NCBI GenBank assembly: GCA_013115145.1
Contig: JAAPAO010000183.1
Coordinates: 1 to 56,866, forward strand
DNA from: Perkinsus chesapeaki ATCC PRA-425
Taxonomy: Eukaryota; Protista; Perkinsozoa
Length of the DNA stretch: 56,866 nucleotides
Direction of reading: 5' to 3'
Shown: piece by piece, positions 21,098 through 32,452 of the stretch
Layout of the letters: each line of letters opens with the position of its first letter
Numbering within the stretch: the first letter of the stretch is position 1
Notes under the pieces: model-generated
Seen by the model: only the letters and a program-made list of their open reading frames with translations
The model's database searches: none
Told to the model about the DNA's origin: nothing
Position numbers and translations under genes: made by a program

Positions 21098-24000
21098 TCA
21101 GAACCCACCGTGTGCCATAGCACCGCCATCTGTAGTGGGAAGCAAATGACTTCCAAGAGATCGCAAATACCGATCCAATTGGGGTAAGGATGTGCAGGTA
21201 AGGCATATGCGAGGATTACGAGTCAGGTTAGTTGTTTGCACTTTGGAGAGTAACGAGAACTTACTAGTCTTTATGAGCATAAAACCTTGACGAATTAATA
21301 ATAGCTAATTAGACCAAGTAGAGTTTCACAAAAAAAAGAAGACATCAAAGGAGCCGTACTTCCCGCAGTATAGTATTAATGATTGGAGACAACTGACCTT
21401 GCAATTCTGTTCACAGCCCAGAGATGATTTGGCGGACACTGCGTCTCATTGGAACACCAAAGCCTCTCTGCGACAGAGGCAGCTCTCGGCCATACTCGAG
21501 TATTAAGTACGCTACCGTCTACCCACTCGCCTGAATTTTCAGGAATACTTCCGCAGTGACGGAACAGACCCACCCCAAACAATTGCTTCGCCGCCTTTGA
21601 TAATCCCCTTGTCATCTGCACGCATGCGAACATCATAAAAATGCGCCCAATCGCTGAAAGACAAGTCGTACCATGGAAGATGAAACATTCTTAGACTTAG
21701 ACTATTAGTGTAGATGGCGATGCCGCCAGGCTAAGACTGTGGTAAGCCCTCCCCTGTCAACTCTACACTCTAGCGGGTAATTCCAGAGAGTCATCTATTG
21801 CACTTCCAAGCTCATATTGAGCGGCCACCGTTGTCTCACCCCGCACTCCGGCGGCCCTAGAGTGATTGGAGGCGACCAAGGCGTTCGATTGAACTGTTTT
21901 TTCGGCTTTCACTAGAATAACTTATCGATTAATATTTCATTAGTATTGCCTCACGAGCTACGATTTGATTTTTCGAGTATCTTTTAGACATCATGCCGAA
22001 CTTTTGAGCTATAGTCCAAATTCAGAAGGATGTTATACAGTCACAGTATCTAATGAAGTACTGTTGATGCACAAACGGTTATCAGCGGTAGCTGCGGTAG
22101 TGGATAGGACGCCGAAGGCTGAGTCGCTTGAAATGCTTACTTTCCATACCGCTTCCCCAAGTCGGACAAGACAAAGTCGGTACTAAATACTAAACTTCGG
22201 TATCTCCCGCTTTGTGCCATCTACAATAGAACAACAACAGCATCGTTGGAAAAACAATGAAATACACAAACTCAATGTCGCAGAGAGTTACACACAATCC
22301 CTTGAAAGAATCAAGAAGCACAACTGGAGCTGTCGTAGCCGGACAATATGCGCACCATGCTGCATGGATTTTTAACACTAGATCTTTCCCAGATGCTACC
22401 CGGGAGATATACATGTCATTTGCGTCGTTAATTCCACGGAGCTGGTTATCCTGAACGTACTAAGTCCGCGCTACATAGGTTGAGTAAACTGTCTTCAATG
22501 GCTAATCCGGTTACAGTTATTTCCAAAAATTTATCCACTAATAAAGAATCTCATTCCCTTTTTAAGCATCCCATAGCATGCAGCAAGCTATTCGAATCAA
22601 ACTCCTTAATAAGCCTCCAACGCACATACCTTTACAGTATCGTCAATACTACGGCTTATGACTTGCCATGTATCAACGACATCTAGCTCGGTGGCGCCCT
22701 CATTCAGAAACTCATCCCACATAGTTATGTTAGCTCCTAGCAAGCAAGGCATACAGCAAATACAATTCTCAAACCGCTCATGATGGATCACAAAGTTCGA
22801 TCCTTGCACAATAGAGTTTAGATAGTCTACTTAGCAATGATCGTAAACTTTACCAGCCAATTTTACTCCACCAAGACTTAGTCTTCGTATACTGTACCTC
22901 CATTGTTATTGCACTGCTACTGAGGTGCCGGCAATACCGATCAATTTGCCCTTCTGCTATCTAAATCTACTTAGAGTCGCAGACTTGACACTAAGATTGC
23001 CTTCACGCACGCGCGCCTTTCAAAGCCGACACTGACAGTGCTAGCGTGCTCGATAAGCGTTCCCGAACTTGCCAGTTAAGTTCTTTATCCTTTTAACAGA
23101 GTTCTCCAGCCAATAGTTGAATAAATCCGATTTGTTGTGGTAACGCCTGAGCGGCACTCAATGATTGATATGCTAGCTCTCTCCCCACCCATGGACCCTT
23201 GTCCAGTTCTTCAAAGCATTTGTGTCCCAAGCATCAGCGATCCCATTGCCACCAAGGTGAAGTATCGGATCACCTATACGAGAGACTCCCGAAATTCAGC
23301 ACTTTTCCGGTGAACCATACAGGGACAATCACAGTAGAGTTATTAAACCCTCTCGATTCAAGTTGCACATAGAGCGGGTAGTCTAACTAAACCATACTCG
23401 GCGATGGACTGTGAACCGTAGACTCGTAGACAAAACGAGTAAACGACCAACTCGGACACGCGTGCAAGAACAGCTGTGCAAGTACTTTTAACGTCTCCGA
23501 ATCACGCAGTATTTTGGAGGAACGAAATCAGCTTTGTCATCGGTGAAGTGTACTTACTTCCATTAAACATATCGACAAATCTCTCGACCACTTCACTAAC
23601 AAACTTCTCAGTCTTCTTGCTAATAGGGTCCATGTAATACTTAGCATTGCCCTTGAGGGAAGGGTATCTAAAAAGACGACTCCTAGAGGGCCCCTACAGT
23701 AATACTTGTTGCGCCCCCCATGAGGACTCATCGCCTACGTGTGTTGGAAAGTTAACATTATAATTAATTATGCGATAACGTCAGCTGCAAGTCAACTGTA
23801 TGTCATTCAATGAAATATATAATATTCTTATAATGTGATTAATAGGCTATCACTGATAGCCAATATTAGTATATTCCAGGCCCCAGTGGAACCCAGAAAA
23901 GCGTTATCCTCCACAGCGGCAAGGAAATTGTCGGGCCCAGCAGAGGTAGATAGCCGCCAGACATCCTAACAACTATTCAACGTGGTAATTAGAAAACACT

Positions 24001-26895
24001 GGGAAACGATTTCTTAGCATTAACTTTAGATTAGGATTAGCTTAGTATTGACTTAAGGAGATTCAGTGGCAAGCACTAGTAGACGATCGGGTGGCATCTA
24101 GTTCATTACCAACCAGGTGGGCTACAAACCGTTCAATATGCACCGTGAGTAGCTCATGGGAGAGATAACACGAATTGTGTTATTTCTAGACTTCTAGGGG
24201 GACGATTCGAACTTGAAGCTCGCGAAACATACCCGCGTATCCAGCTCTCAGTATGCCCAGGTATATCTATCTCAGGAATGACATTAATCGCAAAGGAACG
24301 TGCCATCTTCTGGACTAATGAAATATCATCAGCTGTGTACCTAAGGTATCAAAGGTACTCATTTCTGGTTGTAAAATTTACAATGCTACGAGATATACAC
24401 TGTAAATCTCGATCTACTACAACATTGAGATTATCTTAGTGAGACACACCGTGAAATGCTTTTTCACAACTTTGTCGAGTTGCGGAATTCAATTAAAAAT
24501 AAATATTATAAATCGCAGTAAGTTACCAAAGTTTTTCTTGAAAATACGACAAGCTGGCACAGAATTAACGATTTAAACAAATAGCCTATACTCTCTTAAA
24601 AGGTAACAGGTGATATAACTCCATACAAATTTCTTAAGTGATACAGTATAACTTTTCATACGTCTCACGATCAAGGCTATCTGAAGCGCTGCTGACTCTG
24701 CTGAGTGAGCCGAAGTAGTGGATGCTTAATAGAAGCTTATTTTTGGTTCATCCTAAATTAAAACGAAATGTTAAAGGGGAGACTTACTATGCAGGAGTAT
24801 GACATTTCAATGTTTCACGTATACGATACCAATTTCTATAATTATTCTTTTCTAGAATCGTTCTAAGCCCATGCCTCCTGAATCTGGTTGATGCTACGCA
24901 TTGCAACCCCTCAACCACAAAAGCTACTTGGCTCGGGACGGGTTCCCGTGTTGCAGTCGAGGATACTCTTTAACGTCGATTGAGAAGCTTATATCATCTG
25001 TCGCATGCCAGTGCAGAATGTTCATCTGATCGGTTAGAAAGATAAAGCGATACACAAAATTGCAGTGATAGATATCAGCTTATCCCCACACGACTTTTCC
25101 AGTATATTTTATAATAATGTATCTTCTCCGTTACAGGATATATTTCTTAAGGAAATGTATGGTGGCTGCACCGGATGAAGCCCCTCGTGTGGGCCGATTC
25201 TGTGTCGTTTGTTGGTCGCCGAGGAGGAGTGCGGGCCGCACATTCTCACATGCAGTATAAGAATCCCCAATATGACGCCACACCATCTCGAGAGCCTTTC
25301 AACGAACAGGACGGACCTCCAGCGAGCTCACAGTAAAAGCCTAGAGGCTACTCAGTATCAGGAGTAGCCTCTACTCTCAATCTCCCGAACTACACCTTAC
25401 CTTCACTGATGCCATAAGCTTCAGTGTGTCATATATTTCTGATATAGGTAGGTATCGGCGACCAGTGTCAATGAGCAACCCTCGATGACTGAACGATGGG
25501 TAGTCCAGAATCCTCACGCCTTTCTTCAATATCTTATCGGTATCGTCGTGATTACGCAGTAGCTGGGCCTGAACTTGTATCAACTAGCCGCAGGGCAATG
25601 TATTTCTCGAGAAGCATAAACTGTCCATCATGCGGAGATGCGACAGTGTAGGGAATATGTTCGTAGACCAGGAGGGAATACCAACAAGACTTCTGTGGGA
25701 CTTTCAACTTACCGTTACCAATCGCTGACTGATATACTACTCTATTCCGTCATCAATGTGAGCTGGAAGCAGCATCGAGATAGAGTTTCGGTTTTACACC
25801 GAAAAATGAGATGTAATACTGGGGGCTTGAAAATTCCGTCTTCGCAGAGACTCTATAAGTAGCGAAAACTCGAGGCCACTCACCAAGGTCCCGATAGCAT
25901 ACACAAGACCAGGCTTGTCAAAATACGTTATATCGCACTCGGGATCCTGGCACTTAATCTCGTACTGTCCACTTGGCTCTTTGTCTTTGCCTTCGCAATG
26001 AGTGTGAACCGTGATGTTCAAATCTGAAATCACAAAAGGGTGTTTCAAAATTCCGTGAGCACTTTTGGAAGCCGATTTCTCGTCGACGCATACGAATTTT
26101 TCTACGAAGATTTCAAGGGAGCATCCAGGCAATGAGTGTGAACCGTGACGTTCAAATCTGAAATCACTATCACGAGTAGCGTTACATCCATCTGGGTGAA
26201 CCATACAGTGACAAAAGCAGTATAGGTATTAAAGACTCCCGGCAATTGCACATAGAAAAGTCATACTAAGCCCTTTTTGGTGTTCGACTATAAACTCACA
26301 CACACGAATCGCTGCTCGGCGGTCTCACCTGTTGTGTTGCCGTAAAATGTCTCAAAAAGGAACTCGACGTAAGAGTTTTCATACTTCATGCAAGAAGTGC
26401 TCTTTTTAAAGCCAGCTACATCTTCCAGGGCTGAGGGAGCGTCAATCAGTCTTGGACGTGCGAATGCGAGAATCCATCACATTGCCTTCATTATAATAAC
26501 TGTGGATAAAATCGGCAACGGAAACCTCCAAAAAGTATGGTGTCCCTTGTCTGCAACTATCACTTCGATCGTTACTCAGCCATAGAGACTCCTATATAAT
26601 ATGTAGGCGACGGAAAAAATGATTCCCTTGCGAGAGGAGTAGAGACTGTTCTACAAGTGACAATACGGCACCTTAATCTCAGAGCGGTTTTCAAAACTGG
26701 AGAAATTGCTATTTCCAACTGAGCGGTCGTATAGTTCCGAAACAGCAGTAACTTACCAATCTTGCCAAATTGAACGACTTTCGGAACTGGCCATATGTTG
26801 AGCTGTGGCTGAGGAGGCAGGCTTAAGGGGATGGCCAACCTAATGTGACAGTTGGAGTAAATCAAGGGGAACAGGGAGACGTAGAGGAGCGTCAC
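21098..26895 (-). CDS. Multi-exon GH20 beta-N-acetylhexosaminidase-like gene with substituted catalytic dyad (ends approximate)
   Basis: Exons in the expected order: LNIWPVPK; [22 protein letters not shown]; [14 protein letters not shown]; YTADD...[12 protein letters not shown]; [17 protein letters not shown]; LHLGGNGI; MWDEF...DTWQ; [25 protein letters not shown]. Confidence 0.9.
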
Positions 26896-27169
26896 ACGTT
26901 ATCAGGAGAGATGCGTTTGACGTTCCCTTTTGGTCTGGCAGGTTATCATGTTGCTAAAAGTCATATATTTCCTTCAAATTGAGACACTTTTTGATCCGGA
27001 AAGATATTTCTGGGAGGCTAGATGGTCTTCGGAACAGGAACGCCGACCTGACTTACTCTGACGCACAGGTGAAGCATGATTGCATGAACCCAAATACCTG
27101 AATTATAACGAAGACTACACCAAGGCCGGAAGCCTCTACCATTGCGATGTATTGTAGAGCACGATCGCC

Positions 27170-27603
27170 AGACCGAGACATAAGGTAACAACTAAACCTG
27201 GAGGACCAGAAATGACGAAGAACTGCCTCAACAGAGTCACGTGGACCATCTGACTTAGGTTGAGTCCTGGCCTAGAAATTCCGAATTAGCGTTGCAAGGT
27301 ACTCGAGTAGGGCTATGCCAGAGACTATCTGGAATTTCTGCAGTGCCTCAGCGCTACACTGAGTTGACGAGGTTCAGCAGAGGCGATCTGGTCGCCTCCT
27401 GCGCTCATAATCGCCGCGATCATCAGATGCCAATGCCGCATCTGGCGCAGGTGGCCGGCGACGTGGCTCGCAGTGGGCATGCGTGCAGCATACTACGTAC
27501 GAGGCAACGCTACTTCTGGAATTGTATGCAGATAGCAATATTCCGAGAGTGCCGTAAGTGGGTTCATGAATCGACAGCTAGTCTGACTCAGACGGGCAAG
27601 TAG
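27170..27603 (+). pseudogene. Decayed retroelement pol fragment (integrase zinc-finger region)
   Basis: GH...LRTRQRYFWNCM...ECRK resembles the gypsy integrase H-G...LRQRYFW..M...C motif; surrounding frames are interrupted by stops. Confidence 0.45.
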
Positions 27604-28191
27604 GCCTTGGCTGTGGTGAAAGGTTCGGATGTTTGGTGGAGATTCCTCAAACTACGCCTGCGTGCTAATCAAGAGAGCCCGCCTTGCCCCAGCCGTACAA
27701 GGGTTGGAGTTGACCAGGGACTAGTATTGGAGTGATGACGGAGGACTCTCGGAACTGAGTCCCTGCGGACGGGACCGCTGTGGCGGACTAGTTGCACCGC
27801 ACGTAAACACACTGGAACCAATTAATGTTGACGGGGCGCTGCTAGAAGAAGGAAAATGCTTGGATCCACCGTGACCACGGTGCTTGGGAAGTTGAATTAG
27901 CCGACTCGGACTGGCTATTACACAGGGAGGAGAGCCTCCCCTCTAGAGAAGAGGCAGGCTCAACGGCCTGCATAATGGCTGTGATGGGATGAATGCTAGT
28001 GACAGTCGGTTACAAAATAAGTCGGCGACAATCGTTCATCCTATTGATTAGTAGTAGTCCGCTGATATAGCTGCGATATGTGCTTCAATGGCATCAGAGT
28101 CTGACGATGAGATGATCTGTTTTGCTGTTAAGCTGGATGCCTCAGGTGAATGTGAAACCGTCATAAGTGCTCGAAGCACTCCATGATGAAA

Positions 28192-28506
28192 TCATTTAAC
28201 GCAATACTGTACATTGAATTGAACATGAGATACGCTTAAAGTGTGCTGGCTGATAGAAACGTATAGCGATGTGGCGTGAAGGAGGCTATGTTTAAAGCAC
28301 CTCCTGAAGGGGTGTCTCTTCACATCTGGCCATAATACGAGGGCAAAAGGATGTTCATCTTCAGGAATCGAAGACGCTCCGATCTCCTCCGGGCGTAGTC
28401 GTCTGTAGACAAGATCGTCTGGTCCAGTTTGCTGAATTGCCGATTCTATCGACAACTGATAAGTGGTGTCGATAAGACAGCCAATAAGAAGGAAAGATAT
28501 CCTCAT
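28192..28506 (-). CDS. Secreted GNAT-family paralog, first exon only (downstream exons not found; possibly truncated)
   Basis: MRISFLLIGCLIDTTYQLSIESA...DDLVYRRLRPEEIG matches the family leader at 40.7, 42.3, 47.7, 48.8 and 50.8 kb. Confidence 0.7.
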   Translation of the reverse strand: MRISFLLIGCLIDTTYQLSIESAIQQTGPDDLVYRRLRPEEIGASSIPEDEHPFALVLWPDVKRHPFRRCFKHSLLHATSLYVSISQHTLSVSHVQFNVQYCVK

Positions 28507-28749
28507 TTTCGATAAGAAACTTACAATTACAACTACATGCTTCAGCTTTCTTCATATTCCCCTCGAGCGTGAGGGCCCAATCAAGATGCAGCATAGGTCT
28601 GTCTGCTATGGTAAAGTCTCTTGGGTCGATGGGGAGGGGCGTGATGGAGAGTGCCGTCTGTCAGTGCAGATGTATATTGTCAATCGAATGTTACATGCTA
28701 GCTGTATATATTGCTGCTCCATCAGCCAGGTACATAGATACAGAAACTA

Positions 28750-29685
28750 TAATGTACACACGTGCAGCTTATTCCCTTGTGTCTGCGAGCATCAGGGTGT
28801 TTGTCAACTCGACACTTATGCCCGAGTGGGGAAAACTGCTTACCATTTCTGAGTTGGTCTGAAGCTTTTATAAGCAAAAATCTATTATGGCACCTATCGC
28901 CTGCGTGCGGACCAACTCCCACATACGCACATGCTACTTTTCTTTCGACAATAGAGAGACAGAGTTTCCCAATCTACAAGGACTCTAATCGAGAAAAATA
29001 GATAAATACCACAGCTAGTAACCACAGTAGCCCTACTGGCGCCACTGCGTCATCGTAGCAAAGAAATAATAACGGAAAATGACGACATAATCATCATTGA
29101 GTGGCTTATGTGCGGAGGGAGCCATCTTGTGGGGAAATAGTGAACTTCACGGTGCAAGCGGCGAGCCAGCACAAGCCTCATCCGCGAGCCCTTATCAAGG
29201 ATCGAGGATCAGGGTTGTGATAGACGTTCTGAGAATTGCTGACTGTTGCCCTTGTTCCGTAGCCATCTCCTTATGTAAAGGCACTGTTCAGTTCGTCAGT
29301 CCTCGAGCTTCTTCTTGTCACTGCTTAGTGAGCAGTGCTCAAAACGATATCAGTTCGTGTTGTGGTACGAGGACATCTCGACAACAAGTACCACAACAAT
29401 TATGTCACAGTGATGCTGTGACAGCGTGTAATACACAATCTGTCTATAATGCCCATGTGTGCAGAGACTTAGGCTGCCAACACATGTTGTGGGTCCAGAT
29501 TGATTTCTATCTTGACAGTAGATCTTCGGTGCGGAGGGGCGGAGCTCGCTTGTATTGTATATTGATAGTCTGCCCGTTGAAGGCTTCGAGAGAAAGCGAA
29601 AAATGTTTGTTGTCGGATTCGAACCTAGCTCACTCGAGTGAAAGCTCAGGTGCTTAACGTAGTAAGCTAAAGAAAACCGTTTCAT
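28750..29685 (-). pseudogene. Degraded GNAT-family-like copy
   Basis: Exon-like segment IGKLCLSIVERKVACAYVGV...RNG|gtaag followed by GNKLHVCTL, resembling the family's last two exons (cf. GNKLYIYKY at 49.5 kb). Upstream frames contain stops. Confidence 0.35.
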
Positions 29686-31322
29686 GCGGAGAACTACCTT
29701 GAAAATGTTTTCGATAGTCAGGGGCTTAGAATTTCAAGTTCGCTATATTTCTAGTGAGATCGCATATACATGTGAAGGAAAACGATATATCGCTCGTGGG
29801 GAAAGACACTGTGGTTAAGCCGGAATTTCTGCTCACGGACGGACGGACGCACACGAATGACCGCGCACTGCAGTATAAGGTCCGCTCGCTTCGCTCGCTC
29901 CGCAATTCTCCTGCTTTCCCCAGTGGGGAGTCCCTTCCAAGTTAAATCCGTAGGATTCGACGCGCGTAAAACAGCAGTGGGAGCGACCTGGTGAATCCTA
30001 ACGCACGGTTGCGCTGTGCAGCCTGCACACTATGGAGATTCCCCCGAAACCGGAGCGTCGCCCGACGGTTTCGGCGGTGGAATGGGACCGGGACGAAGTG
30101 TGCGCAGCGCGCTTGAACTACCATCTTGAGCTAGACGGCTGGCGACTTTTGAAGCACTGCCACTAGTGCTGCGGTGGCAGGGTCGGAACTCAGGTTACGC
30201 ACCGTCTGCATCACGCAGCGGTATCCCTGCTTCCCCCTTTTCTTTTTTTTTGCCAAGAGTGTGGTTGGGCCTGGCAGCTCAGCAGTTGTAGCCGTGAGGC
30301 CTAGTTGATGTCTCAATACATCATCTTAGCTTCTCACCTTGCAGCTGCGGTCCTGCTGGGTCTTCGGGCTCCCGTCAGCGCGCGTTTCATGTCTCATGAC
30401 TACGATCCGCTAGCTGGCCGCTGGTACCACCACGGGACCCTCGAACTTCCTCCAATCTCCCACACTCAGCGGTTTTACACAACTTGTCATGTGGGGAGGC
30501 ATCCGGGCAGCGCAAATTTTCAATAGGACTTGCATGAACCCACAAGTTGTATGATACGACAGCTACTGCACGGGCAAATCATCAGTGTCTCCAAAGTCAA
30601 CCATCCACTTTTCTGCGGTCGGTACTATCGACTCGGAAGCTACCGTAGCTCTCCAGAGGGAGGCATACCCACCGCCCGTACGTTAAAAGTAGCTCAGCTC
30701 ATTTAGCTGCACATGAGTCTCCGAGGGGGGGGGCTTGGTAGTGTAGGTAGTCTGTAAGATCAAGTCTTATCGTGGCACAGCCGTGGTGTGACACCACTGG
30801 CGTCCGTGAATTTACGATACAGATTTTACACTGCATTTATTATTTGATGCAAGAATAATACTCCCATTAAACGACCCTTTAGCCCAGTCTGGGCTGCCCA
30901 GATCATTTACTTGACCTAGTTCTAGCCCCCTATAGCCTAAGCAGCCTGCCAGGCCTTTCGGCTCAGACAGGCCCCCTTCGCGAACTCTTCAAGAGCGTCT
31001 ACACCGGAGAGTTAGAGCCTTCCACGAGATAACCTCTTCGGCAAAGTGTGGTCAACCTGGTCTGGATCCAATGCCGTCTATTCCACATGAGTGTTTGGTG
31101 TAAATTTGTATGTAGATTCCAGACATCCCATAGCAGCGACTAATTGTTATGGTTATTTATGTACTATCCCAACTCGTCCAGTTAAATATTACGAAGTCAA
31201 TTAACCACCCAAAATTCACTTTGTAGGTGACAGCAAAGCTTTGTGATTCACACGTAAGCGTTTGGGAACACAGAATGAAGCGGTAGAAGAGCTGGTAATG
31301 GTTATAGTTTACACTGTGAACT

Positions 31323-32306
31323 TTACAGTACAGACAAAAGATATAGAACAAAGAGAGGTAGCACGGTGACCGCAAGTGAAGGGGTCCTTCCATGAGCGTC
31401 ATTAGGCGTAGGGGCAGCTGTAGTGGATGCAGATGAAGAAGCTGTAACGTTGTTTAAGAGCCAAGTTAGACGAACACCGGCTTTCGCTAACTGCTCTTTG
31501 GCTACCTCGATGCGACCGTTGTAATAATCCATTGGAAGATAATCATTATCTCTCACAGCAGACCCATTAACATGCTTATAGCTATAATCACAGGCAGCTT
31601 TGGCAGTCTCATCAACCCACTTATCGATACACGCATCAAGTCCATACTTCTCACAGTCCTCGATCCATTCTTCAACATCACTGGCGTATCTTCCGCCTTT
31701 ATCAAGTTCGTCGCTCACAGCTTCTTCTGTAATTGTCCAGTATGGCTCACTAGGAGCGCGATGGCCTCGTCCTTGGAGCTCGTAAAGGAGAGCCGAGTCC
31801 CAAGTGGAATGGAGATTGGTATGCTGGTGGCGCGCGAAACCGAGATCGACATCAATATTATTCCCGCCCCGGTCCTTGGTGCGGCCGACATGTAATGGCT
31901 GATGAGCATCTCCCACGAAGTGTACAATGAACTTGAGGGCCTCTTGGCGTTGTTCCAAAGGAAGTGACTCGTCGACGACTCTTCTCGAGTAGTTCTTCAA
32001 TCCACCAGCAACACATACGTCGTTCTTACAGTCTCTGGCGTAGTTGAAGTGACAGTCAGGCGTGTCGGCATAATGTAGAGGAGAAGACCACTTCCATTTA
32101 TAGCCGTCGGGACCGTACTTGACATCATCAGCCCAACTGGAATAGTTAGTCATCGGAACACCTTTACCCATGATATCATCGATAGCATCTTGAGTTTCAT
32201 CTTTAATACGACCTTGACTAAGTTGTGCTACAACAGCGTGGCCATCACTTCCCCATGCAAGAGCGACAGGGACACCAATAGCTGCAGCTGATACTAGAAA
32301 GCGCAT
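31323..32306 (-). CDS. S1/P1 nuclease paralog H, with predicted GPI-anchor signal
   Basis: WGSDGH, WADDVK, HFVGDAHQPLH, LHSTWD; C-terminus SSSASTTAAPTP-NDA-HGRTPS-LAVTVLPLFVLYLLSVL. Probable start is Met40 of the ORF (32306). Confidence 0.95.
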   Translation of the reverse strand: MRFLVSAAAIGVPVALAWGSDGHAVVAQLSQGRIKDETQDAIDDIMGKGVPMTNYSSWADDVKYGPDGYKWKWSSPLHYADTPDCHFNYARDCKNDVCVAGGLKNYSRRVVDESLPLEQRQEALKFIVHFVGDAHQPLHVGRTKDRGGNNIDVDLGFARHQHTNLHSTWDSALLYELQGRGHRAPSEPYWTITEEAVSDELDKGGRYASDVEEWIEDCEKYGLDACIDKWVDETAKAACDYSYKHVNGSAVRDNDYLPMDYYNGRIEVAKEQLAKAGVRLTWLLNNVTASSSASTTAAPTPNDAHGRTPSLAVTVLPLFVLYLLSVL

Positions 32307-32452
32307 TATGAAAGATAAGCGAACAAATAACCAAAGGAAGTAGCATGCAAGACAAGACCCAAAAAACAGTTCGAGAGTGGATAACTTTGTTACACTCAAA
32401 TGGACTACTTCAACACAAGACACGTTGATGAAACCATAGTTTACGTGCTGCT

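Noticed and set aside
29256-29268. TCCGTAGCCATCT matching the 5' part of the spliced leader; also a 16/21 match at 43226-43246
   Set aside because: The first lacks the SL 3' half and lies antisense to a coding-like frame (EMATE). The second is within rough chance expectation for a two-strand 57-kb search.
30723-30900. G-run resembling a PPT followed by a possible solo LTR
   Set aside because: No second LTR, TG...CA pair or TSD could be identified.
1415-31895. Long plus-strand ORFs over the nucleases (1415-1849, 3639-4253, 9838-10353, 13069-13734, 31572-31895)
   Set aside because: These are antisense shadows of the conserved nuclease codons, with no independent motifs.
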